The notes beneath the pieces were generated by a model that saw only the letters and a list, made by a program, of their open reading frames with translations, was not told where the DNA came from and made no database searches. A program made the position numbers and the translations under genes. From IMG/VR virus record IMGVR_UViG_2875713109_000005: DNA of 40,475 nt; one strand, 5' to 3'. This DNA is from a virus. Lineage: Duplodnaviria; Heunggongvirae; Uroviricota; Caudoviricetes. Of this stretch, positions 20,603 through 29,627 are shown piece by piece; within the stretch, counting starts at the first letter, position 1; each line of letters opens with the position of its first letter.

Positions 20603-23175
20603 ACGGGAGACTCGCAGTTTGGACACTTTATGTTAATTGAAGACATAGGCATCAAAGACAAATAGGTCCAATACTCGCCATTCTTAATTAATCGTGTATT
20701 GCATGTACCACAGTGGGTATACACGGTAAAGTGTGTACACTCATTGCACCGATACCAACGCTTTTGATTATTTGAACTCATTGATTTCGTTACATCAACT
20801 ACTTTTTCAGACCCACAAGAAACACAAAAATTCACCGCATGAGTATCATCCGATGCTCCTCGAAAAGATGTATTGTCTTCAATGCCGTACTGTAGAAACA
20901 TCCCTAGCATACGTTGGATTTCATCAAGATAGCGTTGCGACTTCATTGGGTTTGCACATACTGCACCATAGTTTGTAGCTTGGCGTTGATGGCGTGCAGG
21001 TTCCCAATCAAACATGGATAGTTCGCCCAAATAACTGTCTTTCGCCCATTCCTGTGGAGAGACGACTTTCTCAACCGCATCTAACACGGGGTGAAGAACA
21101 AACACACTGTTCTCTTGGCATTCGCTATAATCTTTGCCGTTGTAAAGTTCATGGATAACCCCACCGATCCCACCTCTTTGCTTGAGATAGGCAGCAGAAT
21201 AGTACTTTGCATCGACGACTAACCGCTTTGAAATCTGGTTACCACTTTTGGTAATCGCTTCTACATCCAAAACAAAATCAGGGCGCTTACCATTTGCTAA
21301 GAACGGTTCGTATTGCAGAGTGATAGCTCTTGAAACACTTGGGTTGAAAAACTGAATGCTGATTTGTTCTTCATTGCCTTGAATATTCGCAATCAATTTT
21401 CGTTTCCAGTTGTCCTCTGGCTGATAGCGGAATGCCTGAGTCAGCACTTTGATGATTTGCAGCAAACACCAGCGTTCATAAAGTAGTGGCATGTTGACTA
21501 ACCCAATCGCTTCGATCTTCTCCAGCGAAAGCAAAATGTCCTCATCGGCCAAGCCAATCTGCTCTTTTAACTTTTTAAAACCCGAGTGAACCGCTTGATA
21601 GGCAGGGTTTTGCACAAAAGTCATAGAGTTAGGAAAGGTGCTTTTACTTTTGACTTTGCATTGACGCCATTCTTTTTCTATTTGCTGGAAAGGTTTCAGT
21701 TTTGGCTCAAGCGCTTTGTGTACGATTCCCACCTTTTCATGTTCAGTTGCGAAATAACCCAAGCGCTTATTGATGGTAGCACGTTCTTTTTCCTGTTCAG
21801 CGAGTTCATCTGTTGTCAGCTTCGCTTGCCAATCATTTTTACTTAGAGCAATGCCTTTATCACGCAATTTAGTGAAATTTTCTTGCTCTCTTTGAATAGA
21901 ACGAGACTCTGGTAATACGCAAATTCGTGAGATGTATTCTGGATACAAGACCACCGCTTTTCCCCTTCTTAACGGTAAAGGGATCTTCGCTTCTATCTCA
22001 TAGTCGCTATAAGCTTTAAACAAGCTGGCGTAATGATCTCTAGAATTAAAAATGGTATATCCATCTGGCTCAAACTGTTGCCAGTCATCATTTTGCGATA
22101 GTTTAATTTTAGCCCACCACTCATTCTCAGAGCCTGTTGCTTTTTCCAATCTTAGGTAACCTTTTTCAGAGTAACTTCGAGACAGATTAACGTTGATTTT
22201 CGCTAACTGTTCCGATAACTCGGCATTGATTACTTCTGTATCAAAGCGCTTTTTAAGTCGTTCTAAGTCTTTAACTACTAGGTCACGGTTGATAATACGA
22301 TAGTCTTTTAAACTGTCTAAACGCTCATTGAGCTTTTCAATAGCCCCAGAAAAACGACTCTTTTTGCTCTCAGCCACCTTAACCAATTGCTTTACAATGC
22401 TCAGCGTGCTCGAAACCACATACAGCACATACTGGTTTTCTGGCACGTTGTAACTCGGCTCAGATGCGCGGCTCGTTAAATGCTTACGCGAACCTTTGGT
22501 ACAAATCTCCATAAATGTACGTGGAACAGGACGTACTTCTTTTGCTGGCTTTAACGCTTGAATTTCTTTCAGTTCAACTTTGGGCTTTTTGAGGATGGTT
22601 TGTGCATTGCTAAGAATTGATGCGACTAATGACAGCGCTTCTTGGCCGATGGCTGCAACCTGTGAATTTTTAGCGTCGCCCGTGATATGACTATTCTCAT
22701 CGAGGATCAGCTCCCACAGGTCCGCTTTAAAATCTGACAGGTAACGTGAAAGATCCGATTTGGTCTGTTCGGAGATATCAATATCAAGCTTTAGTGTCGA
22801 GTTACCAATAACAAACGTGATCTGACCAGCCGTTCGCCTCGCTTCACTGCGCCACACCCGTTGTTTTGCGTCCCAATGAGCAGGCTCAACCCACCACACA
22901 GCATTAGATGCGGGATCGGTTATCGACTCTAACTGCTTTCTATCACCATTAGGCATGACAATGTAAGGCGGAGACTGATCACCCTGCTTAGTTTTTATCG
23001 CAAGTTGAGCAAAACGTAGCTCATCGACCTTAGGGTAGATGGTGGTGTGTGCGGAAAATGCATTGTTCCCCGTCTGCTCAAGCTTTAGCGAGTACTCCGA
23101 CTCGCTAACACTGACTAAGGTTTGCTTATCGTGCCATTTGGTCTCGATAAACTTGATAACGAATGGAGCTTCCAT
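20572..23175 (-). CDS. large McrC/DUF2357-like PD-(D/E)xK nuclease-family protein with C-terminal double zinc ribbon; 3' end clipped by IS903
   Basis: 867-aa ORF. LLYERWCLLQI is followed by RPDFVLD(633)...VVD(655)AK(657)YY. Four CxxC pairs are present (C784/787, C810/813, C822/825, C851/854). From residue 859 onward the codons and the stop are IS903 IR sequence. The ATG lies 2 nt after the stop of the upstream AAA+ gene. Confidence 0.8.
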   Translation of the reverse strand: MEAPFVIKFIETKWHDKQTLVSVSESEYSLKLEQTGNNAFSAHTTIYPKVDELRFAQLAIKTKQGDQSPPYIVMPNGDRKQLESITDPASNAVWWVEPAHWDAKQRVWRSEARRTAGQITFVIGNSTLKLDIDISEQTKSDLSRYLSDFKADLWELILDENSHITGDAKNSQVAAIGQEALSLVASILSNAQTILKKPKVELKEIQALKPAKEVRPVPRTFMEICTKGSRKHLTSRASEPSYNVPENQYVLYVVSSTLSIVKQLVKVAESKKSRFSGAIEKLNERLDSLKDYRIINRDLVVKDLERLKKRFDTEVINAELSEQLAKINVNLSRSYSEKGYLRLEKATGSENEWWAKIKLSQNDDWQQFEPDGYTIFNSRDHYASLFKAYSDYEIEAKIPLPLRRGKAVVLYPEYISRICVLPESRSIQREQENFTKLRDKGIALSKNDWQAKLTTDELAEQEKERATINKRLGYFATEHEKVGIVHKALEPKLKPFQQIEKEWRQCKVKSKSTFPNSMTFVQNPAYQAVHSGFKKLKEQIGLADEDILLSLEKIEAIGLVNMPLLYERWCLLQIIKVLTQAFRYQPEDNWKRKLIANIQGNEEQISIQFFNPSVSRAITLQYEPFLANGKRPDFVLDVEAITKSGNQISKRLVVDAKYYSAAYLKQRGGIGGVIHELYNGKDYSECQENSVFVLHPVLDAVEKVVSPQEWAKDSYLGELSMFDWEPARHQRQATNYGAVCANPMKSQRYLDEIQRMLGMFLQYGIEDNTSFRGASDDTHAVNFCVSCGSEKVVDVTKSMSSNNQKRWYRCNECTHFTVYTHCGTCNTRLIKNGEYWTYLSLMPMSSINIKCPNCESPVALLNKSDFG

Positions 23176-23177
23176 GA

Positions 23178-25352
23178 TTACGCCCAGTAGTTCACAACGC
23201 CATCATTCGATTCAGCCGTTTTAACCAAACGCTCTACCGATTTGGTGCAAGAAAACTCCGCCGTTATCTCTGCTTGATTATCCAACAGCGACTCAAGGCG
23301 AGGCAAGAATACACGGCTAACAAGCTCAGCTTTACTGTAATCGCCTACTTGCTTATCACCATCAAATGTGAATTTTGGTAGCACCTTATGAACGATAAAG
23401 TTGTTGATGGCCAGAGACTTATTGTCGTTTACATCGCTAAACAAACTTACGTAGTTAAGCCCCTGTCGAATGGTACGCATACCAAACTCCACGCCAAGCG
23501 GATCAAAGACATCTCGGTTTAAGGTCGTAAACAACTCGCAGAATTCATTCGTACGTTCAAATTTCGGATAAGGGGTACGCTCACCAAGCTCTTCAATATC
23601 AAACACTAGCGGTAAAGTAACGTCGTCTAGCCCGTAAGAGTCAATCTCATCAAAAATCGCATCCCAGTCGGTCAGCAAAGGACTCTTAAACTTCATCACA
23701 TGCGCGCGGTCAAGAATTTTTGGTGAGAGGTAATGGGTTGTTTCGTCGATGTTGATAGCACCAATAATTCTTACGTTCGCTGGAATCGTGATTGACGAAG
23801 GCGTGCCGAGAACACCTGCCAACATGCGTCTGATATCACCGTGGTATTTAATCAGTGAGTCTTTATCGCTAAAGCCAAACGCGCGCTTCATTTCAGCGTT
23901 AATTTCTTCATCTTGCATGAGCGCAACGAAGTCCACGATGCCATTTTTGCTGAACTTTTCTTGCGCGTTAGAAATGACAGAAACAACCCCTTTTAGCTCG
24001 GCAAGAACGTGTGCAGCTTCATCATCCGAGTAAAGTTGAATGGTCGGTTGCTCGTTACGCTCCTCTAGCTTAGAAAGAAAGTCGGCAAAGTAATATTCCA
24101 CTCGGGCAAGGTTCATTTCGTCTAAACAGATGAAGTATGGGATATCTGGGTTTTGCTTAGCCTCGATCAATGCCTCAAGAAATGGTGTCACCAAATATTT
24201 CTTCTCTAGGGGATTGTAATAACCCAGCAAATCTTCTGAACTAGTCCAGTTAGGCTTGACCGGAATGATCTTCGATACCCCACCAATAGCCTTGGCAAAC
24301 GACTGAACCAGGTTTGTTTTGCCTGAGCCTGAGTCCCCCGCCAGAATGATGAGATCATGGGTGCGAATAAGCGTTAGGAAGTTCTCGATAATATGGCGCG
24401 GGTACAAGATATCTCGTTCTTTTAGGTGCGCTTGAATGTATGAAACGGCATCACTGTAGTTAGAATCAAAAGCTTGCGAAAAAGAGATATGCTCGTCACG
24501 ATCCTTATTAGACAAGGTGCTTCCAACAAAAAGGTCAAAATCGTCATCATCCAAAAACTCAAAGCTTTTTAGGAATCCAGCCTTACTTTCGACATAAGCT
24601 TTTAAGCGTTCAATTTTTTTAGACATTGTTTCTTCTGCCTTCTTTTGCAATGCGATTTTGTGTTGCCATTCAGAGTGTTCAACTTCCAGCTTTTGGGCTT
24701 TCGCAATTGCCTGAGAGAGAACGTTATTTTTTTGATTTAGGTCATCTTGGACATGTTGAAGCTGATCTTTATATGACGATATCTGAGCCTTCAATGAGGA
24801 TTCTTCGCGCTCAAATTCTGCGTTAAGTGCAGTCACTTCGCTGTCAATTCTTGATTGAACGTTCTGTAAATGCTGCTTGTAAACAGCTTCATCAAGGAAG
24901 ATGTTTTCATCACCTTTGATGATGTCATTCGCCGTATATTCAGGAAGTTTGATAAGTCGACGGACTGAACTTACTACCACATTGCATTCGAACGGGTTTT
25001 CATGTTTTTCGCGTTCAGATTGAGGCGCTAAAGCAAGCTCGCATGAGACAAAACTCCCATCTTCCAAGCCAAATAACTCTTCGACACTTTTGAAGGAAAC
25101 AAAAACACCTTTGTCCATCGTCAAACGAACATTAATGGGATATTCAGTATCCAGTCCCGTTTGGAGGGATTTAATCTCTAAAAGACGGGTTGGGAGCTTT
25201 CTGCTATCGGAATCTGGGCCATTTAGAATCTTGCCCCAAACTGCCAGTTTTCCATTCGTAATCCCCCAACTCTCACAAAGGCATTGATAAAGCTCTTCAT
25301 CAGAGAACCCTTTAACCTCTTCAAGATTGTAGATAACTTGTTCTAAGGCCAT
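23178..25352 (-). CDS. McrB-like (AAA_5 branch) AAA+ NTPase with N-terminal unknown domain and coiled coil
   Basis: 724 aa. Walker A GDSGSGKT (aa 339-346, nt 24315-24338), Walker B FICLDEMNLARVEYYFADFL (aa 407-426), IIGAINIDETTHYLSPKILDRAHV (aa 529-552), and a heptad-rich segment at aa ~155-257. Confidence 0.8.
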   Translation of the reverse strand: MALEQVIYNLEEVKGFSDEELYQCLCESWGITNGKLAVWGKILNGPDSDSRKLPTRLLEIKSLQTGLDTEYPINVRLTMDKGVFVSFKSVEELFGLEDGSFVSCELALAPQSEREKHENPFECNVVVSSVRRLIKLPEYTANDIIKGDENIFLDEAVYKQHLQNVQSRIDSEVTALNAEFEREESSLKAQISSYKDQLQHVQDDLNQKNNVLSQAIAKAQKLEVEHSEWQHKIALQKKAEETMSKKIERLKAYVESKAGFLKSFEFLDDDDFDLFVGSTLSNKDRDEHISFSQAFDSNYSDAVSYIQAHLKERDILYPRHIIENFLTLIRTHDLIILAGDSGSGKTNLVQSFAKAIGGVSKIIPVKPNWTSSEDLLGYYNPLEKKYLVTPFLEALIEAKQNPDIPYFICLDEMNLARVEYYFADFLSKLEERNEQPTIQLYSDDEAAHVLAELKGVVSVISNAQEKFSKNGIVDFVALMQDEEINAEMKRAFGFSDKDSLIKYHGDIRRMLAGVLGTPSSITIPANVRIIGAINIDETTHYLSPKILDRAHVMKFKSPLLTDWDAIFDEIDSYGLDDVTLPLVFDIEELGERTPYPKFERTNEFCELFTTLNRDVFDPLGVEFGMRTIRQGLNYVSLFSDVNDNKSLAINNFIVHKVLPKFTFDGDKQVGDYSKAELVSRVFLPRLESLLDNQAEITAEFSCTKSVERLVKTAESNDGVVNYWA

Positions 25353-25599
25353 GATTTCTATTCAAAAAATAAATAAAGGGATTACCTAAGTGTTGCAAAC
25401 TCAACACATCTACATCTAGAGAAAAACAGGTTTAGCTTTGCTTCTTATCTAGCATTTTTTAGCGAGATAATCGCCAACGAGCATTTCAATAAATTCTTTA
25501 AGCTCCTGATATTAAACACCATAAGTCTAATATGGCAACAGTTTCTATAATCGCGTTTCGCGAATCCGTGTGACCTGCCCCCAGGATTAGATACAACCG

Positions 25600-26433
25600 T
25601 CAGTTAGTAAGGTCGGTTTGTTTACCTTCACATTTTCCATTTCGCCACCGTGCTGCAAACTCTGATGGCGTCTGATAATTCAGTGCTGAATGTGGACGAC
25701 ACTCGTTATAATCCTGCCGCCAGTCATTAATGATTTTCCTTGCGTGAACGATATCGCTGAACCAGTGCTCATTCAGGCATTCATCGCGAAATCGTCCGTT
25801 AAAGCTCTCAATAAATCCGTTCTGCGTTGGCTTGCCCGGCTGGATTAAGCGCAACTCAACACCATGCTCAAAGGCCCATTGATCCAGTGCACGGCAAGTG
25901 AACTCCGGCCCCTGGTCAGTTCTTATCGTCGCCGGATAGCCTCGAAACAGTGCAATGCTGTCCAGAATACGCGAGACCTGAACGCCTGAAATCCCAAAGG
26001 CAACAGTGACCGTCAGGCATTCCTTTGTGAAATCATCGACGCAGGTAAGACACTTGATCCTGCGACCGGTGGAAAGTGCGTCCATGACGAAATCCATCGA
26101 CCAGGTCAGATTGGGCGCCGCCGGACGGAGCAGCGGCAGACGTTCTGTTGCCAGCCCTTTACGACGTCTTCTGCGTTTTACGCCCAGGCCACTGAGGTGA
26201 TAAAGCCGGTACACGCGCTTATGATTAACATGAAGCCCTTCACGGCGCAGCAATTGCCAAATACGACGGTAGCCAAAACGCCTGCGCTCCAGTGCCAGCT
26301 CAGTGATGCGCCCTGATAAATGCGCATCAGCAGCCGGACGGTGAGCCTCATAGCGGCAGGTCGACAGGGACAAACCTGTAAGCCTGCAGGCACGACGTTG
26401 CGACAGACCGGTCGCATCACACATCAGCATCAC
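25600..26433 (-). CDS. IS3-family transposase OrfB (DDE/rve domain)
   Basis: Motifs include ...WSMDFV...TDQGPEF...[17 protein letters not shown].... The frame stays open upstream of its first ATG, in the -1 frame relative to orfA. Confidence 0.85.
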   Translation of the reverse strand: MMLMCDATGLSQRRACRLTGLSLSTCRYEAHRPAADAHLSGRITELALERRRFGYRRIWQLLRREGLHVNHKRVYRLYHLSGLGVKRRRRRKGLATERLPLLRPAAPNLTWSMDFVMDALSTGRRIKCLTCVDDFTKECLTVTVAFGISGVQVSRILDSIALFRGYPATIRTDQGPEFTCRALDQWAFEHGVELRLIQPGKPTQNGFIESFNGRFRDECLNEHWFSDIVHARKIINDWRQDYNECRPHSALNYQTPSEFAARWRNGKCEGKQTDLTN

Positions 26434-26456
26434 GGCTTCCCGCTTCTGGTCTGTCG

Positions 26457-26720
26457 TCAGTACTTTCGCCCAAGAGCCACCTGAAGCGCCTCTTTATCCA
26501 GCATGGCTTCGGCAAGCAGCTTCTTGAGTCTGGCGTTCTCTTCCTCAAGCGACTTCAGGCGCTTAACTTCAGGCACCTCCATACCGCCATACTTCTTACG
26601 CCAGGTGTAAAACGTGGCATCGGAAATGGCATGCTTGCGGCAGAGTTCACGGGCGGGTACCCCAGCTTCGGCTTCGCGGAGAATACTGATGATCTGTTCG
26701 TCGGAAAAACGCTTCTTCAT
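26457..26720 (-). CDS. IS3-family transposase OrfA (HTH)
   Basis: [49 protein letters not shown]... followed by a leucine-zipper-like tail, which is the IS407-group OrfA pattern. Confidence 0.85.
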   Translation of the reverse strand: MKKRFSDEQIISILREAEAGVPARELCRKHAISDATFYTWRKKYGGMEVPEVKRLKSLEEENARLKKLLAEAMLDKEALQVALGRKY

Positions 26721-26797
26721 GGGGATGTCCTCATGTGGCTTATGAAGACATTACTAACATCGGGGTGTACTAATCAACGGGGAGCAGGTCATAGTCT

Positions 26798-26873
26798 ATG
26801 GGCACACCACGTTTTACCCCTGAATTTAAGGAAGAAGCTGTCCGCCAAATCACCGAGCGGGGCTATTCCATCT
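26798..26873 (+). pseudogene. 5' remnant of a second IS3-family orfA, cut by IS903
   Basis: MGTPRFTPEFKEEAVRQITERGYSI, after which the IS903 IR begins at 26874. Confidence 0.5.
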
Positions 26874-28260
26874 GGCTTTGTTGAATAAATCAGATTTCGG
26901 GTAAGTCTCCCCCGTAGCGGGTTGTGTTTTCAGGCAATACGCACGCTTTCAGGCATACCTGCTTTCGTCATTTTGTTCAGCGCTCGTACCAGGGCCATAG
27001 CCTCCGCAACCTGACCATCGTTACCCGGTACATCGCCGTTTCCGCTATCGAGCGACGGTTGTAATCTGTTGTCCATTTCCACCGCGCATTACTCCCGGTC
27101 ATTCGCTGATTAGCCACTGCACGGTTACGGTCTGCATATTCACCGGGCCAGTAACCCGCACCTTTTCGGGGAGGGATAAGNGCGCTGATTTTCTTACGCC
27201 GCAGTTCATCGTGACAGAGCCGGGTGTCGTAAGCGCCGTCTGCCGATGCTGCCCTGATTTTTCTGTGAGTCTGCCGGATAAGACCCGGGAAGGCTTCTGA
27301 GTCCGTCACATTGTTCAGCGACAGGTCTGCACAGATGATTTCATGTGTGTTGCTGTCAACTGCCAGATGCAACTTTCGCCATATACGACGGCGTTCCTGG
27401 CCATGCTTTTTGACTTTCCACTCGCCTTCACCAAAGACCTTCAGCCCGGTGGAATCAATCACCAGATGCGCGATTTCACCCCGGGTGAACGTTTTGAAAC
27501 TGACGTTAACCGACTTTGCCCGCCTGCTGACACAGCTGTAATCCGGGCANGATGATTTCATGTGTGTTGCTGTCAACTGCCAGATGCAACTTTCGCCATA
27601 TACGACGGCGTTCCTGGCCATGCTTTTTGACTTTCCACTCGCCTTCACCAAAGACCTTCAGCCCGGTGGAATCAATCACCAGATGCGCGATTTCACCCCG
27701 GGTGAACGTTTTGAAACTGACGTTAACCGACTTTGCCCGCCTGCTGACACAGCTGTAATCCGGGCAGCGNANCGGAACNTTCATCAGNGNAAAAATGGAA
27801 TCAATAAAGCCCTGCGCAGCGCGCAGGGTCAGCCTGAATACGCGTTTAATGACCAGCACAGTCGTGATGGCAAGGTCAGAATAGCGCTGGGGCCTTCCCC
27901 GTGATGAAGGCGTTGCCGACTCATACCAGGCCTGAATCGCCCCATCATCCAGCCAGAAAGTGAGGGAGCCACGGTTGATGAGAGCTTTGTTGTAGGTGGA
28001 CCAGTTGGTGATTCTGAACTTTTGCTTTGCCACGGAATGGTCTGTGTTGTCGGGAGGATGCGTGATCTGATCCTTCAACTCAGCAAAAGTTCGATTTATT
28101 NNNNNNNNNNNNNNNNNNNNNCGGTTGATGAGAGCTTTGTTGTAGGTGGACCAGTTGGTGATTCTGAACTTTTGCTTTGCCACGGAATGGTCTGTGTTGT
28201 CGGGAGGATGCGTGATCTGATCCTTCAACTCAGCAAAAGTTCGATTTATTCAACAAAGCC
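26874..28260 (-). mobile_element. IS903 copy (both IRs present) with deletion, duplication and gap anomalies
   Basis: GGCTTTGTTGAATAAATC at 26874 and its inverse ending at 28260. Relative to the 4729 copy there is a 37-bp deletion after 27016. 27334-27549 is repeated at 27551-27766. A 21-N gap (28101-28121) is flanked by a 129-bp duplication. Several n bases are present. Corrected length is 1020+37 = 1057 bp, the canonical IS903 size. Confidence 0.85.
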
Positions 28261-28741
28261 CCAACCAATTAGCAATTCGCTTTTCGCATGTGCTAAAACA
28301 CCACTCTGGGTGTGCATCATTTAGCAATTCAGCCATTTTGCGTTTGGTCATCCCCCGCCCCTCATACCGTTGCCGAAGGACGCTAATCAATCCTGGATGC
28401 TCTGCCAGCACCTCACTTATGACCCGATCAATACATAACGCCTCTGCATCAGTACAATGCGCCAGCCAGCTCTTTTGCTTACCGTTAATCATATCCCGCA
28501 AAAAAGCCTCAAGTTCAGACTTGTTCAGACCTGCTTTTTTCATCCTCCGGAGCGCCTCGTTAATTGCCGTTTTTGTCAGCTTTTTAGAGGCCAACAACTG
28601 GTTGAACATATTCCCCGTCTTACCGCCGCCAATATACGACCAGCGCCCCCACATGCGCAGTTTTCCCTGAATCCAGACACTTTCCAGCGTGGTGAGACGA
28701 AGGTGTTCCCCGCTTTTGCCTGTATTTGTTGGGTAAATCAT
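28261..28741 (-). pseudogene. 5' part (160 codons) of the Q-type late antiterminator gene, interrupted by IS903
   Basis: ATG 28741 overlaps the upstream stop (ATGA). The product starts MIYPTNTGKSGEHLRLTTLESVWIQGKLRMWGRWSY.... It occupies the position between the nin-like genes and the lysis cassette. The frame continues at 4719-4658. The family assignment rests on position and the RMWGRW motif and is not verified. Confidence 0.6.
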
Positions 28742-29028
28742 AAATAACCTTCCTTTCTCCAGATTTCTTGCGTGCGAAAAACACCTTCTGCATGCATCAG
28801 GCGTAAATCTTCTTTGGTGTAATCGCTTGTTTTTACCCGCCCGTCGATTAAATCGTGGCATGAGCTACAGGCAATCGCCGCCTGCATATCGTGTGGTTTT
28901 GTCGCTGTTCCGCACGTTCCCGCCAGTCGGTAATGCGCCAGCACAGACGTTTCCGGATCGTGATTGCAGTAGCCAAGAATTCTGACGGTGCACATCCGCC
29001 CCCGCGCCGCTTTACGTAAATCCACCAT
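28738..29028 (-). CDS. YbcO-like (DUF1364) prophage protein
   Basis: 96 aa, MVDLRKAARGRMCTVRILGYCNHDPETSVLAHYRLAG.CGT.TKP.D..A..ACS.CHD. It closely parallels DLP12 YbcO as I recall it. Confidence 0.7.
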   Translation of the reverse strand: MVDLRKAARGRMCTVRILGYCNHDPETSVLAHYRLAGTCGTATKPHDMQAAIACSSCHDLIDGRVKTSDYTKEDLRLMHAEGVFRTQEIWRKEGYL

Positions 29029-29627
29029 TACGCAAACTCCAGCAGCTGCGCGGCCACATTTTCGACTTGTTCCGGAGAGGAAAATTTACGGAACAGAATC
29101 CAGTTCCACAGCACATTCAGAACAGATTTATAAACCTGCTGAAACTCGGTTTCGTCCATATTCGCAAAAGCGATAGATTTTGCCCGACGCCCGCGGCTAC
29201 CGTCCGGATAAAAATGTTCGGTGTAAAATCCAGCCTGAATGGTTACCCACTCGCGAAAAGCCTCAAACGACTTTAGCAATGCCGTATCCCGGGTTCTGCG
29301 TGTCGCAACTGTATTCAGATATTGCTCTGCGGCTTCGCTCAGAGCTGGCGTATGTTCCCGGCCTACTGATTCACATAGGTAATCAACGAATCCTGAAACC
29401 AGCTTTCGTTCGCGAGGCGTGATCGCCCCACCGACCGGAGTCCAGTAATCGAATCCCAGTTGCAGGAGTTTGAAAAAACGCTTGTGGAATGCGTAGTTAC
29501 GCACACGCTTAAAGTCTGCGTGTATCCACTCGCCTATTTTGATTTGATGCAAAAAATCGCAACTCTCCGGCGTCGCCGGGAGAAGTAGTCCAGAAGAGGT
29601 TTGTTTGACCAGTTGTATATGCGCCAT
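29028..29627 (-). CDS. DUF1367 (YdfU-like) prophage protein
   Basis: 199 aa. It occupies the nin-region position upstream of ybcO-like and Q, with overlapping start and stop. The family call is from memory of Qin YdfU. Confidence 0.55.
   Translation of the reverse strand: MAHIQLVKQTSSGLLLPATPESCDFLHQIKIGEWIHADFKRVRNYAFHKRFFKLLQLGFDYWTPVGGAITPRERKLVSGFVDYLCESVGREHTPALSEAAEQYLNTVATRRTRDTALLKSFEAFREWVTIQAGFYTEHFYPDGSRGRRAKSIAFANMDETEFQQVYKSVLNVLWNWILFRKFSSPEQVENVAAQLLEFA

Larger units (their letters stand above)
25571..26791 (-). mobile_element. IS3-family IS (IS407-group-like), 1221 bp
   Basis: The ends are TGACCTGCCCCCA (25571) and ..GGGGAGCAGGTCA (26791), which are imperfect IRs. orfA and orfB are arranged for a -1 frameshift. 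The 4-bp flanks differ (CGTG vs TAGT). Confidence 0.8.

Noticed and set aside
26977-28228. 224-aa and 240-aa ORFs in the right-hand IS903
   Set aside because: They are fragments of one IS903 transposase frame, broken by the 37-bp deletion, the 216-bp duplication, n bases and the N gap. They are not separate genes.
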